A stretch of 64,000 bases of DNA. Source: Gammaproteobacteria bacterium (lineage in GTDB: Bacteria; Pseudomonadota; Gammaproteobacteria; Eutrophobiales; Eutrophobiaceae). Shown piece by piece: positions 38,258 to 50,674 of the stretch. Position 1 is the stretch's first letter. Every line of letters starts with the position of its first letter. The position numbers and the translations under genes were made by a program. The stretch is from contig CBDEUK010000002.1 of assembly GCA_965243205.1 (NCBI GenBank), forward strand, positions 2,269,711 to 2,333,710. The letters are read 5' to 3'. Under the pieces are notes generated by a model that saw only the letters and a program-made list of their open reading frames with translations, did no database searches and had not been told where the DNA came from.

Positions 38258-41200
38258 ATGCACGATACAATTAAAGATTATTTTGAGAATCTGAATCCTA
38301 TTTGTTACCTGTCTGAACAGAGCAAAGGGATCGTGCTAAAAAATTCTGAACTCAAGGAATTAAAAAAAGGTAAATTCCTATTTAAACGCGGCGAAGTTGA
38401 TAATAAATCATACTTTCTGCTTGAAGGCGTGGTGGAATTACAATCACCTAAGAATACCTTTGAAGTTCATCCTGGTACAGATACATCCAGTTATGCCTTA
38501 GCTCAATTCCAGCCTCGTCAATATTCTGCTTATGTAAAAAAGAATGCGGTATTTTTATCGATAGATAAAAAATTACTGGATTCATTGGCCGATAAAGACG
38601 GTATATATAGTTCTGATAGAACTACAGGGATGGTTGTTTCTGAAGATACAGCGCAAGCAGAAGATGACATAGATTGGATGAGTCGTATCTTACAGTCAGA
38701 CTTATTTAGTAAATTACCACCCAGTAATATCCAAAAAATCTTTTCCAGAATTGAACCTATAGAAGTCAATAAAGGTGAGATCATCGTACAACAAGATGAC
38801 CCAGGAGATTACTTTTACATAATTGAAGTAGGTAAGGCTGAAGTAATCCGTAAAACCAATCAATCAAAAGATTTAATCAGATTAGAATCGCTATCGATCG
38901 GTGATTATTTTGGTGAAGAAGCGTTAATTTCTGAATACCCTAGAAATGCATCCGTTGTAATGAAAACGAATGGAGATTTAATGCGCTTACAGAAGGATGA
39001 CTTTATCGAACTTTTGAGGGATCCCATTCTAAGAAGTTACAAGTTAGAAGAATTAGAAGAATTGCATAACCAAGGTGCAGAATGGATCGATGTTCGTTTC
39101 CCTAAAGAATTTTTAGAGGACGAAGAGTTTGCAAAGTTAGATATACCTTTACATGTTATTCGCAAACAAGTTGAAAATTTAGATCTTAAAAAGAAATACA
39201 TCGTTTGCTGTGAGGACGGAAGCCAAAGTGCGATTGCTTCATTTCTATTAGCTTTACGCGGTTTTGATGCTGCTTTTCTTGAAGGTGGATTAAATAACTA
39301 TAAAGAACAAGCAGAAAAGGGCTTAGATCTAAGTTTTTTAAATGAAAAGTTAGAAGAGCAAAAAGATTCAAAAGTAATTGATTTCATTCCTAGAAAAGCT
39401 TCTAAAGTCAAAGATAAAACATTAAATAAAAAAACTAAGAAAGAGCCAGTATCTAAGCCATCAAAATCGGCTGAACATTCTCTTGATGAGCAAAAGCGTC
39501 TCATTGATGAACAACTGCAAGCAGAAGCAAAAAAATATAAACAGCAATCTTCCAAAAAACTGGTTGAACAAGCAAAAAAGATAAAAACAACCGACGAGAA
39601 GAAACTAGCCGAACAAATAGAAAAACAGAAACAGGAAATTGAAAAACAACTTGCTAAGGAAGCAGCGAAACAAAAACAAGAAATTGAAAAGCAACTTGCT
39701 AAAGAAACTGCAAAACAGAAAAAAGAAATTGAAAAACAATTAGCTGAAGATGCAAAAAAAGAAAAACAAGCTTTAGAAAAAATCTTAGCTGAAGAACGGG
39801 CTAAATTAAAAAAACAAGCTGAGAAAAAACTGGCTGATGAAGCAGCAAAACAAAAGAAAGAAATTGAAAAGCAATTAGCTGAGGATGCAAAAAAGGAAAA
39901 ACAAGCTTTAGAAAAACAATTAGCCGAAGAACGAGCCAAGCAAAAGTCAGCTGTTGAAAAACAACTGGCCGAAGAAGCCGCGAAGCAAAAGAAAGATATT
40001 GAGCAACAATTAAAAGAAGAACTCAAAAAAGAAAAAGCAGCAGTTGAGAAACAATTAGCCGAAGAGCGTGCTAAACAAAGAGCAATAGTTGAAAAACAAC
40101 TGGCCGAAGAAGCTGCGAAACAAAAGAAAGAAATTGAAAAACAACTAAAAGATGAAGCGCAGAGAGAAAAGAAAGCGATTGAAAAACAATTAGCCGAAGA
40201 ACGCGCCAAACAAAAAGCCGCAGTTGAAAAACAACTAGCTGAAGAAAAAATTAAACAGAAGAAGTTAATTGAACTCCAGCTTATTGAGGAACGCGCTAAA
40301 CAAAAAGCAGCAGTAGAGAAACAGTTAGAAGAAGAACGCGCCAAACAAAAAGAAGCTGTAGAAAAACAATTAAAGGATGAAGTTGAACGTCAGAAAAAAG
40401 CCATAGAAGATCAAATGGCAAAAGAAGTGGCCAAAAAGAAACAAGAAGTTGAAAAACAATTAGCACAAGAAGCTGAAAGACGTAAAAAAGCGATAGAAGA
40501 AAAGTTAGCAGAACAAGAACAGAAACAAAAAGAAGTTATTGATGACATTATACGAACTGGAAAAACACAAGAACATGTCCAACACCAGGAAGAAAATACA
40601 AGCACTCCTGATGACACTCGTACCGAGAATTCTGACTCAATTAATAAATTATTAAACCATTACCGAGTAGAAAAGGAAAAAGTTTTAGAAAATATACGCA
40701 ATAAAAATGAAAATCGAGTTGCAGAAAAACTTTCAAAGATCAAATCGGTTAATGCAGAAAAGAAAAAAGAATCACAAAATTTAAAACAACTTAAGCAAAA
40801 AGTGACAGAGTCACTTGCATCAAAAAACAATAATCAAAAAAGCCAAGAAACTGATAAACAAGTTGTTGCTGATAAACATAAAGTATTAACAAAACGATAT
40901 AATATTTTGAATGATCCTAGATTTCGTGAACATATTAATCGTTTAAATGCTGAACAAGAAGAAGAGTTCTTAAACGAAATTAAATCATTCAAAAAAGAAC
41001 TGGATATGGAGATAAGTGATAGTCACGTTATTCCAGATTCTGAAACTCAATCAAATATCCACACTGGAAAAATTACTTCTGAAGTAGATGACACACACAA
41101 TATTGAAGATAAAAGTGATGAAACCATTGCACAAGACATTGACTCATGGATAGAAGAACAAGAACTAATTGAGAGTTCGCCTAAACGTAAGGAGTTAATG

Positions 41201-41329
41201 CAAGAAAAAAGCAAATTGATGCAAAAATTAAAAAAACAAAATATGGAAGATAAAAAAATAGACAAAATTCGTAACCAAACATTACTCACTGAAATACAAT
41301 CTGCTCTTGATAAAAAAACAGACGACTAA
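38258..41329 (+). CDS. tandem cNMP-binding + rhodanese + long repetitive coiled-coil protein (paralog 2)
   Basis: Same architecture as 34885; second CNB has an intact FGEEALISEYPRNASV; rhodanese loop CCEDGSQS; ~300-aa 15-mer repeat region. Confidence 0.85.
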   Translation: MHDTIKDYFENLNPICYLSEQSKGIVLKNSELKELKKGKFLFKRGEVDNKSYFLLEGVVELQSPKNTFEVHPGTDTSSYALAQFQPRQYSAYVKKNAVFLSIDKKLLDSLADKDGIYSSDRTTGMVVSEDTAQAEDDIDWMSRILQSDLFSKLPPSNIQKIFSRIEPIEVNKGEIIVQQDDPGDYFYIIEVGKAEVIRKTNQSKDLIRLESLSIGDYFGEEALISEYPRNASVVMKTNGDLMRLQKDDFIELLRDPILRSYKLEELEELHNQGAEWIDVRFPKEFLEDEEFAKLDIPLHVIRKQVENLDLKKKYIVCCEDGSQSAIASFLLALRGFDAAFLEGGLNNYKEQAEKGLDLSFLNEKLEEQKDSKVIDFIPRKASKVKDKTLNKKTKKEPVSKPSKSAEHSLDEQKRLIDEQLQAEAKKYKQQSSKKLVEQAKKIKTTDEKKLAEQIEKQKQEIEKQLAKEAAKQKQEIEKQLAKETAKQKKEIEKQLAEDAKKEKQALEKILAEERAKLKKQAEKKLADEAAKQKKEIEKQLAEDAKKEKQALEKQLAEERAKQKSAVEKQLAEEAAKQKKDIEQQLKEELKKEKAAVEKQLAEERAKQRAIVEKQLAEEAAKQKKEIEKQLKDEAQREKKAIEKQLAEERAKQKAAVEKQLAEEKIKQKKLIELQLIEERAKQKAAVEKQLEEERAKQKEAVEKQLKDEVERQKKAIEDQMAKEVAKKKQEVEKQLAQEAERRKKAIEEKLAEQEQKQKEVIDDIIRTGKTQEHVQHQEENTSTPDDTRTENSDSINKLLNHYRVEKEKVLENIRNKNENRVAEKLSKIKSVNAEKKKESQNLKQLKQKVTESLASKNNNQKSQETDKQVVADKHKVLTKRYNILNDPRFREHINRLNAEQEEEFLNEIKSFKKELDMEISDSHVIPDSETQSNIHTGKITSEVDDTHNIEDKSDETIAQDIDSWIEEQELIESSPKRKELMQEKSKLMQKLKKQNMEDKKIDKIRNQTLLTEIQSALDKKTDD
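39590..40530 (+). repeat. degenerate 45-bp (15-aa) intragenic tandem repeat
   Basis: About 20 units of KQK(K/A)x(I/V)EKQLAEE(A/R)A; boundaries approximate. Confidence 0.8.
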
Positions 41330-41808
41330 TCCCTAAAGTTATTAAATTGTAACGGTACTTCAAGTTCGTTATTTTTTATTAAACTAATCACTTCCTGTAA
41401 ATCATCGCGCTTTTTACCCGTTACTCTTACTTGGTCACCTTGAATGGCTGCTTGAACCTTTAATTTTGCATTTTTTATTAGTTTAACTAATTTTCGACCT
41501 GTATCTTGGTCGATGCCTTGTTTAACAGTAATGATTTGTCTAGCTTCATTATTCGATTCAGTAATACTGCCAGCTTCTAAACATAAAAGATCAATACCAC
41601 GTTTTGACATTTTGGTTTGAAGGATTTCATACACTTGTTTTACTTGAAATTCACTGGGGGTAATAATAGTCAGTACATCCTTTGTACTTTCTACACGAGA
41701 ATCAGTGCCTTTAAAATCGAATCTGTTTTTTACTTCACGGTTGGTTTGATCGACTGCATTATTTAATTCATGGTGATCAACTTCGGATACGATATCAAAA
41801 GAGGGCAT
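41326..41808 (-). CDS. yajQ: YajQ family nucleotide/c-di-GMP-binding protein
   Basis: MPSFDIVSEVD, RFDFKG, KVQAAIQGDQVRVTGKKRDDLQ, QFNNFRD. Confidence 0.95.
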   Translation of the reverse strand: MPSFDIVSEVDHHELNNAVDQTNREVKNRFDFKGTDSRVESTKDVLTIITPSEFQVKQVYEILQTKMSKRGIDLLCLEAGSITESNNEARQIITVKQGIDQDTGRKLVKLIKNAKLKVQAAIQGDQVRVTGKKRDDLQEVISLIKNNELEVPLQFNNFRD

Positions 41809-41864
41809 AGGCAATACTCAATACTAGTTTCAAACCAGTATTGTATCAATTTCAAAGATATCAA

Positions 41865-42290
41865 TTACATTTTTATTTTTTCGAACGCTTCAGGAGCTGA
41901 AATTTGCTCTAAGGCTCTTAATACATCACGTACGCTTATTTGCCCAATTAAGCGGTTATTTTCTACGACAGGGAAACGTCTGTAAGAGGTATCGGAAAAT
42001 TTTTGTGCAAGTTCAACAATACTCATCTCACCTTCAACCGTTTCAACAGGTGATTGCATATAATCAGAAACTAAGCCAACTTGGCCTGAGTAATAGCAGG
42101 TTTGTATGGCAACTTTCACACAATCTTTTTCAGATAAGATACCCACTAAATTTCCATGACTATCGATAACAGGAGCACCAGATATACGGTTTTGAATTAG
42201 CGTAGTAACTGCTTGCATTACATCCATATCAGGAGTGAAGGTAGTTAAGTTTCCTGACATATAATCTTTAACTTTTACAGATTGGAGCAT
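41865..42290 (-). CDS. CBS-domain pair protein
   Basis: VKDYM, ISGAPVID, GILSEKDC, RRFPVV, GQIS.RDVL. Confidence 0.88.
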   Translation of the reverse strand: MLQSVKVKDYMSGNLTTFTPDMDVMQAVTTLIQNRISGAPVIDSHGNLVGILSEKDCVKVAIQTCYYSGQVGLVSDYMQSPVETVEGEMSIVELAQKFSDTSYRRFPVVENNRLIGQISVRDVLRALEQISAPEAFEKIKM

Positions 42291-42292
42291 TT

Positions 42293-42496
42293 CTATGCCT
42301 CCTTCTTTTTATCGTTTTTACATTCACCCGTGTCGGAACAAATAGGGCAACTCACTTCTTCTCCGCCAAGGACATTATTTAAGCCGCCGCAACTACCTTT
42401 AATAGGGTTGCGTTTCATTAAAACTCCAGCAGCCATGCCTACTAAGGATAGACCAATAATAAAAAAACTGATAAAAAATATTTCAATAACGCCCAT
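42293..42496 (-). CDS. nqrM: Na+-NQR maturation factor NqrM
   Basis: TM helix, then IKGSCGGL...CPIC....C. Confidence 0.88.
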   Translation of the reverse strand: MGVIEIFFISFFIIGLSLVGMAAGVLMKRNPIKGSCGGLNNVLGGEEVSCPICSDTGECKNDKKKEA

Positions 42497-42513
42497 CGTA
42501 TATTCCAGCCATT

Positions 42514-43551
42514 TTAATGTATGGTTAAATTATTAAACAACTCAGTTGGTACTTCCAAGAAATCACCATCTTGTTTGATAATAAACAAGACCGCAAGCTC
42601 GTTATCTTCTGCAATTTTTAGTCCTTGTTCATAACCTTTTACCATAAAGGCCGTTGCTAGGGCATCGGCTATCATTGTGGACTCATGTAATACTGTAGCT
42701 GAAACTAGCTTATGTGTAATGGGTTTGCCTGAATTAGCATCGATTATATGTGAATAGCGTTTGCCTTCATGCTCATAGTAATTGCGGTAATCGCCTGATG
42801 TTGCAAGGCCGTAATTTTGCAGAGCAATAATTCGCTGAACTGAACGTTGTTCGCCTATCGGTTTTTCTATGCCGATTTGCCATGGAATTTCATTAATATT
42901 ATTTCCATGTGCTTTAACTTCACCGCCAATTTCTACCATGTAATTATTTATACCATTTTCTTCTAATAGTTTAGCGGTTTCATCAACAGCATAACCTTTA
43001 GCAATGGCTGAAAGGTCGATATAAATATCCAGGTTTTCTTTTGTAAGGCATGAATTCACTTCGTCGAAGATAATGTTTTTATAGCCAACGCTTGCAAGAA
43101 CAGAGCTTAATTTTTTTTCGTCTGGAATTGTTAGTGGTATTGCTTCAGGGCCAAATCCCCATAGATCGACTAAAGGACCAACTGTAATATCAAAACTGCC
43201 TTGAGTCATTTCACTGATTTTAATGGCATTATCAATAACTACCCCTAAATCTTCCGATATGGCAATGCATTCGTTGCTTTTATTATTGTTTAACAAAGAA
43301 AGTTCGGAATTTGGATCGTAAGTAGACATAATCGAATTAATGTTTGCTAATAATTGATTGATATCTGTGTGTAAATTAGTTAACTCAGTGTTTGATGATT
43401 GAGGTATAAACTTAATTGTGTAAGTAGTACCCATCGTATCACCGACCAGCATTTCTGCTCGGTGACTTGTTTCACAAGAGATTAAAAAAAAGCTATAAAC
43501 TACTATGCAAGCAAAACGTACTTGCTTGATGTTAACCACCAAAGTCATCAA
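42514..43551 (-). CDS. apbE: FAD:protein FMN transferase ApbE
   Basis: Lipobox [49 protein letters not shown]. Confidence 0.93.
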   Translation of the reverse strand: MMTLVVNIKQVRFACIVVYSFFLISCETSHRAEMLVGDTMGTTYTIKFIPQSSNTELTNLHTDINQLLANINSIMSTYDPNSELSLLNNNKSNECIAISEDLGVVIDNAIKISEMTQGSFDITVGPLVDLWGFGPEAIPLTIPDEKKLSSVLASVGYKNIIFDEVNSCLTKENLDIYIDLSAIAKGYAVDETAKLLEENGINNYMVEIGGEVKAHGNNINEIPWQIGIEKPIGEQRSVQRIIALQNYGLATSGDYRNYYEHEGKRYSHIIDANSGKPITHKLVSATVLHESTMIADALATAFMVKGYEQGLKIAEDNELAVLFIIKQDGDFLEVPTELFNNLTIH

Positions 43552-44758
43552 GTAATATATTTTCGCGTTCTACACCCAAGTCTTCTAACATAGCAATCAC
43601 AGCGGCATTCATCATTGGAGGACCACACATATAGAATTCACAATCTTCTGGGGCTGGGTGATCTTTTAAATAGTTTTCATAAAGTACGTTATGAATAAAG
43701 CCTGTGTAACCTTCCCAGTTATCTTCTTCTTTTGGATCCGATAATGCGACATGCCAATCGAAGTTATCACATTCTTCTGCTAAGCCATCGAAGTCATCAA
43801 CGTAGAACATTTCTTTTTTGCTTCGAGCACCATACCAAAAGCTCATCTTACGTTTGGAGTTCAGGCGCTTTAATTGATCAAAGATATGAGAACGCATAGG
43901 GGCCATTCCAGCACCGCCACCGACGAATACCATTTCATTGTCGGTTTCCTTCGCAAAAAACTCACCAAATGGTCCAGAGATAGTGACTTTATCTCCTGGT
44001 TTTAAACTATAGATATACGAAGACATTTGACCAGGAGGTATCTCATCACTCGCGCCTGGAGGTGGACTGGCAATTCGCACGTTTAACATGATAAGACCTT
44101 TCTCTTCAGGGTAGTTAGCCATCGAGTAGGCACGCATCACAGGTTCTTTAACAACTGATTTATAACGCCAAATATTAAAATGATCCCAGTCTTCATGAAA
44201 TTGTTGACCAATCTCAAAATCTTTATAGCTTACTTCATGTGGAGGACATTCAATTTGAATATAACCACCCGCTCGGAAATCAACATTTTCGCCTTCAGGT
44301 AATTCTAAAACTAACTCTTTAATAAACGTTGCTTTGTTATCATTCGAACGAACGGTACATTCCCATTTTTTAACACCAAATACTTCCTCTGGAACTTGTA
44401 TATCCATGTCTTGCTTAACGGTGACTTGGCAAGATAAACGACAACCCTCGCGTGCTTCACGTTTATTAATATGTGATTCTTCAGTTGGTAAGATTGAACC
44501 GCCACCTTCTTTGATATTAACGCGGCATTGGCCACAGGTACCACCACCACCACAAGCAGATGACACGAATAAATCCGCATCAGCTAAAGCGCCTAATAAC
44601 TTTCCACCGACTGGTGTTTCTATGGTTTTTTCATTGTTAATTTTTATTTTAACGTTACCCGAAGCAACTAACTTTGATTTAGCTGCAATAATGATAAATA
44701 CCAACGCTAAAACAATTGCGGTAAATAGAAAAACACCCAGAGTAATTTCTTGATACAT
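43532..44758 (-). CDS. nqrF: Na+-translocating NADH:quinone reductase subunit F
   Basis: [10 protein letters not shown] 2Fe-2[23 protein letters not shown]-terminal DDFGG. Confidence 0.97.
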   Translation of the reverse strand: MYQEITLGVFLFTAIVLALVFIIIAAKSKLVASGNVKIKINNEKTIETPVGGKLLGALADADLFVSSACGGGGTCGQCRVNIKEGGGSILPTEESHINKREAREGCRLSCQVTVKQDMDIQVPEEVFGVKKWECTVRSNDNKATFIKELVLELPEGENVDFRAGGYIQIECPPHEVSYKDFEIGQQFHEDWDHFNIWRYKSVVKEPVMRAYSMANYPEEKGLIMLNVRIASPPPGASDEIPPGQMSSYIYSLKPGDKVTISGPFGEFFAKETDNEMVFVGGGAGMAPMRSHIFDQLKRLNSKRKMSFWYGARSKKEMFYVDDFDGLAEECDNFDWHVALSDPKEEDNWEGYTGFIHNVLYENYLKDHPAPEDCEFYMCGPPMMNAAVIAMLEDLGVERENILLDDFGG

Positions 44759-44770
44759 TATTTCGGACTC

Positions 44771-45379
44771 CTACAACTGAATGCCTGAAAAGGCCATAAA
44801 ACCTAGAGACATTAATCCAGCAGTAATAAATGTAATACCTAAACCTTGTAAACCATCAGGTACATCACTGTATTTAAGCTTTTCACGTATCCCTGCTAGA
44901 GCAGTAATCGCTAAGGCCCAACCAACGCCACTACCAATGCCATACACAGTACTTTCAGCGAAGTTATAATCACGTTGTACCATGAATAAAGTGCCGCCTA
45001 AGATAGCGCAGTTAACGGTAATCAATGGCAGGAAAATACCTAGAGCGTTATACAACGCTGGAAAGTAACGATCCAAAGCCATCTCTAAAATTTGTACGAT
45101 TGCAGCGATGACTCCGATATAACAAATCAAACCTAAAAAGCTAAGATCAACTTCAGGCATGCCGGCCCAAGCTAATGCACCATCTTTCAATAAGAATTGA
45201 TATAAAAAGTTATTAGCAGGTACAGTGATCGCTTGTACTACAATAACCGCAGCGCCTAGACCTATGGCAGTGGAGATCTTTTTTGAGACCGCCAAAAAGG
45301 TACACATGCCTAAAAAGAATGATAAAGCTAAGTTCTCAGTAAAAATCGAAGCAATAAATAAACTAAGATAATGTTCCAT
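44771..45379 (-). CDS. nqrE: Na+-NQR subunit E
   Basis: [24 protein letters not shown]. Confidence 0.97.
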   Translation of the reverse strand: MEHYLSLFIASIFTENLALSFFLGMCTFLAVSKKISTAIGLGAAVIVVQAITVPANNFLYQFLLKDGALAWAGMPEVDLSFLGLICYIGVIAAIVQILEMALDRYFPALYNALGIFLPLITVNCAILGGTLFMVQRDYNFAESTVYGIGSGVGWALAITALAGIREKLKYSDVPDGLQGLGITFITAGLMSLGFMAFSGIQL

Positions 45380-46041
45380 TACATTACCTCCGTTCTATGT
45401 ACGGAGTGAATTTGATATTCGGGTTTCTCTATTTGTGCTGTCTTCCAAGTACGTAAGCCCCAAATTAATAAACCAATGATAAAGAATGCACTTGGAGGCA
45501 ATAACATTAAGCCGTTTGATTGATACCAACCACCATCGGTAGCTAAAGGTAGTATGTCATAGCCTAATAATTTGCCTGAACCAAATAGCTCACGGACACT
45601 AGCAACAGCAATTAAAATTACGCTATAGCCTAAGCCATTACCAAGTCCGTCTAAGAAACTCAACATAGGTGGGTTCTTCATAGCAAATGCTTCAGCACGA
45701 CCAAGTACAATACAGTTTGTAATAATCAAACCAACAAATACAGATAACTCTTTACTTGCAGCAAAGGCATAAGCTTTAAGAATTTGGTCAACCACAATTA
45801 CCAGTGAAGCGATAATGGTCATTTGTACAATAATACGAATGCTTGAAGGAATATGTTTGCGTATTAAACTAATCGATAAGTTAGAACATGCAGTCACCGC
45901 TGTTAATGCAACACACATAATTAATGCAGTTGATAACTTTGATGTTACTGCCAGTGCAGAACAAATACCCAATACTTGTAAAGCAATCGGGTTGTTATCG
46001 AATAAGGGATCTAAAACAACTTTCTTAGTCTCATTGGCCAT
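45379..46041 (-). CDS. nqrD: Na+-NQR subunit D
   Basis: [34 protein letters not shown]. Confidence 0.97.
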   Translation of the reverse strand: MANETKKVVLDPLFDNNPIALQVLGICSALAVTSKLSTALIMCVALTAVTACSNLSISLIRKHIPSSIRIIVQMTIIASLVIVVDQILKAYAFAASKELSVFVGLIITNCIVLGRAEAFAMKNPPMLSFLDGLGNGLGYSVILIAVASVRELFGSGKLLGYDILPLATDGGWYQSNGLMLLPPSAFFIIGLLIWGLRTWKTAQIEKPEYQIHSVHRTEVM

Positions 46042-46043
46042 AA

Positions 46044-46838
46044 TTAACTATTCCCAGAACGTATTTTTTGAAGGTAAGGACCAAAACCATTTTTGCCTAA
46101 CCAAAATTGCATAAGGTTATCGACGCCTTTACTGGTTAAAGTCGCTCCAGCAAGACCGTCAACTTCCGATTGATAATTACTGCTATCAGGATTGGCTACA
46201 CCACGTGTCACAGTAATTACAGGATCGCTGCTATCATTAAACAACAATTTTCCTTTCCAAAGTTTTCGCCACTTAGGATTATCAATTTCACCACCTAGGC
46301 CAGGTGTTTCACCATGTTCGTAAAATTTTAAGCCGTAGACAGTATTAATATCTTTTTCAACTGCAAGGAAGCCGTACATGGTAGACCACAAACCATAACC
46401 ATGAACGGGTAAGATAATCAGTTTTAATTGGCCATTTTCTTTAACATGATAAACTTTAGCGTACTTTGCTTGACGCTTGATTTTAGCGATATCATCGTTG
46501 CCATCTAACGTGATATTCATATTCGGATCTTTAGCCGCTTTACGTTGATCATAAGTTGCTGCATCAATATCTTCAGCGTATTCGCCCGTTTCAATATTAA
46601 CGATATACGTTTCTATATTCTCAAACGCTTTATCAATATCGGTATCCGCTTCTAATAACTCAGCAACCGTTAAAATGTTTTGTTTAATATCAGTTGATTT
46701 ATTGGCAAGTTGAATCGGTTTTAAACCAACAGCAGCACTTGAAACTATTACTGAACAGACTAAACATAATAACAATGCAACAACAATGGTTTTTGCTGTG
46801 CTGTCGTTTGGTAAATCAAGAAATTTTTTAATCATCAT
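46044..46838 (-). CDS. nqrC: Na+-NQR subunit C
   Basis: [17 protein letters not shown]-attachment motif [10 protein letters not shown]. Confidence 0.96.
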   Translation of the reverse strand: MMIKKFLDLPNDSTAKTIVVALLLCLVCSVIVSSAAVGLKPIQLANKSTDIKQNILTVAELLEADTDIDKAFENIETYIVNIETGEYAEDIDAATYDQRKAAKDPNMNITLDGNDDIAKIKRQAKYAKVYHVKENGQLKLIILPVHGYGLWSTMYGFLAVEKDINTVYGLKFYEHGETPGLGGEIDNPKWRKLWKGKLLFNDSSDPVITVTRGVANPDSSNYQSEVDGLAGATLTSKGVDNLMQFWLGKNGFGPYLQKIRSGNS

Positions 46839-46854
46839 CTAATCCTCATCTACC

Positions 46855-48069
46855 TTATGCATAACCACGTTTACGTTTCGCAATGTCAGCTTGAACTACA
46901 AAGTAATCAATTAACGGTGCAAAAATATTCGCGAATAAAATGGCTAACATAATGCCTTCAGGAAATGCTGGGTTAACCACACGAATTAATACCGTCATAA
47001 AGCCAACTAAGAATCCAAATACCCAACGACCTTTATCGGTCATTGCTGCAGAAACTGGATCTGTTGCCATATACACCATGCCAAATGCAAAGCCGCCTAA
47101 TGACAAATGCCAATACCAAGGCATTGCAAACATTGGGTTTGTATCACTGCCTATTAAATTTAATAAGCCTGTAGTGACAAACATACCTAAGAAGACACCA
47201 AAGATGATTCGATACGAAGCGACTTTGGTATAAATTAAGAACATCGCACCGAGTAAGCAGGCTAAGGTTGAGGTTGAGCCAATCGAACCTTGAATTTGAC
47301 CAAAGAAAGCTTGCCATAAACTGATGCCACTGGCGGTAATCGCTTCCACACCACCTGCTGCAGCCAGACTTAATGCGGTTGCGCCACTAAAGCCATCTAC
47401 TGCAGTCCAGACCGCGTCACCCGACATTGCAGCAGGATACGCAAAGAATAAAAACGCTCGGCCTGTTAACGCAGGGTTTAAAAAGTTTTTACCGGTACCG
47501 CCAAAAACTTCTTTACCAATAACAACACCAAACGAAATACCCAAAGCGACCATCCATAATGGAGTATCAGGTGGAAGTGTTAAGGTATACAGCATAGAAG
47601 TTACTAAGAAGCCTTCATTAACTTCATGGTTTCTTACCGCAGCGAATAACACTTCCCAACAGCCACCGGCCGCTAATGTCACAATGTAAATAGGTAAGAA
47701 ATACAAAAAGCCGTGGATCATGTTGCCAATTAAACTGCTTGGGTCATGACCTACGCCTAACAAATTTAAAATATCGCCGCGCCAACCAGCAACACTATCG
47801 ATTCCCATCGTCGCCATTGCAGTATTGGCTTGGTAACCAGTATTCCATAAAGCCATTAAAATACATGGAATGGTCGCAACGACTACATAACTCATAACAC
47901 GTTTTAAATCGATAGCATCTCTAACGTGAGGAGAGGTGCGAGTAACATCGCTTGGTGTGTAGATAAACGTATCGATCATTTCATAGATCGCATAATACTT
48001 TTCGTAAGGGCCGCCCTTAGCAAAATAAGGATGCAGTTTGTCGAGGAATTTACGGACTCTTGAAGTCAT
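46855..48069 (-). CDS. nqrB: Na+-NQR subunit B
   Basis: [41 protein letters not shown]. Confidence 0.97.
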   Translation of the reverse strand: MTSRVRKFLDKLHPYFAKGGPYEKYYAIYEMIDTFIYTPSDVTRTSPHVRDAIDLKRVMSYVVVATIPCILMALWNTGYQANTAMATMGIDSVAGWRGDILNLLGVGHDPSSLIGNMIHGFLYFLPIYIVTLAAGGCWEVLFAAVRNHEVNEGFLVTSMLYTLTLPPDTPLWMVALGISFGVVIGKEVFGGTGKNFLNPALTGRAFLFFAYPAAMSGDAVWTAVDGFSGATALSLAAAGGVEAITASGISLWQAFFGQIQGSIGSTSTLACLLGAMFLIYTKVASYRIIFGVFLGMFVTTGLLNLIGSDTNPMFAMPWYWHLSLGGFAFGMVYMATDPVSAAMTDKGRWVFGFLVGFMTVLIRVVNPAFPEGIMLAILFANIFAPLIDYFVVQADIAKRKRGYA

Positions 48070-48072
48070 GGA

Positions 48073-49461
<1,389 letters not shown>

Positions 49462-49647
49462 TTAATATTATTAAAGTCATTTCCAATAATTTCTTTTATT
49501 TTCCAATGACGTTATCTTTGTTTTACACAGAATACTTTAACAATGATACTGTACGAATATGTATTGCCTGTTCTGCACTAGACAAAAAAGTTTCTTTTTC
49601 ACAACCCTATTAACTCAGCTATGCAATAAGCAAGCCATTGGAAATTA

Positions 49648-50283
49648 ATGAAAATATTAGTCGTCAACAGTGATCCGCTTTCGGCATCTCTTTCCGTTAA
49701 CAAACGTGTATGTCAGCGATTTGTCGCTGATATAAAAGCACTCAATAGCAATGTATTGATTGATGAAATCAATTTGTATGAAAGTCTGCCTCCCTATTTT
49801 TCAGAACAACATTACAAATTAATTTGGGATAATTCTGTACAACCCGCCACGCACTCTAATAATGATTTGAATGCATTGCAATATATTAAACAGCAATGTG
49901 CAAAATTCAAAGAGGCAAATATGATTATTTTGACGGCGCCTGTTTGGAACAGCTTTGTCCCTGCTATTCTAAAAGCTTGGATAGATATGGTCATTACGCC
50001 TGGATATACCTATGAGTTTACTGAAACAGGAATTCAGCCCTTACACAAGGTTAATCGAATAATTACAATTTTATCTGCTGGTGGTTATATTTCTCGTGAT
50101 GGGACCGACCAAGCAATATTCCAATTGTTACATAAGGCTTTTTCTTTCATAGCGATTAGTGATTTCGAAGATATTTTGATAGAAGCCCAAGAACCTTCAA
50201 TATATCCAGATTATCAAGTACGGGAAGATGATGCATTAAAACACGCTCAGTCACTTGCTCAGGTACTATTGCATGCTCCATAA
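49648..50283 (+). CDS. FMN-dependent NADH-azoreductase / flavodoxin-fold NAD(P)H:quinone oxidoreductase
   Basis: MKILVVNS.P, APVWN..VPAILKAWID, G.TYEFT..G. Confidence 0.75.
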   Translation: MKILVVNSDPLSASLSVNKRVCQRFVADIKALNSNVLIDEINLYESLPPYFSEQHYKLIWDNSVQPATHSNNDLNALQYIKQQCAKFKEANMIILTAPVWNSFVPAILKAWIDMVITPGYTYEFTETGIQPLHKVNRIITILSAGGYISRDGTDQAIFQLLHKAFSFIAISDFEDILIEAQEPSIYPDYQVREDDALKHAQSLAQVLLHAP

Positions 50284-50334
50284 CCTGTCATTCCTAAACG
50301 ACAATTGCTTATTTATGAGTTAATTTTTTTGGGT

Positions 50335-50358
50335 TTTTTGTCAACTAGTCGACAAAAA
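50335..50358. promoter_or_regulatory. near-perfect palindrome, FleQ-box-like candidate operator
   Basis: TTTTTGTCAACTAGTCGACAAAAA; the core GTCA-N6-CGAC resembles GTCA-N6-TGAC. Confidence 0.35.
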
Positions 50359-50431
50359 TAAAAATTAAATTCAGTAAAAACTCTATTAAAATCTATAGTT
50401 TAAGTACTAAACATACATATATTTCTAGCTT

Positions 50432-50447
50432 TGAGAACTGTTTCACA
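50432..50447. promoter_or_regulatory. CRP/Vfr-like box upstream of the adhesin
   Basis: TGAGA-actgtt-TCACA. Confidence 0.5.
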
Positions 50448-50674
50448 GTATATTGCTAAAGAAAATTACGATTGGTGCGATATTAAATAAGTTGGAATGG
50501 AATCTGATACACAAGGAAATATGCAACTTTATTAAATGAATCGTAATCAAATCATCAAAACTACGTTTAGTAACTACAACAATAATTTACACAGTCATAT
50601 CGCTCTGAATCTAGGTAAGGACATCAAACTTAATTTGATGATTAACGTTACATCACACGGGGTTCAATGAGCCG

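Noticed and set aside
39298-40344. 348-aa Cys/Phe/Ser-rich minus-strand ORF
   Set aside because: Antisense shadow of the Lys/Glu/Gln repeat region.
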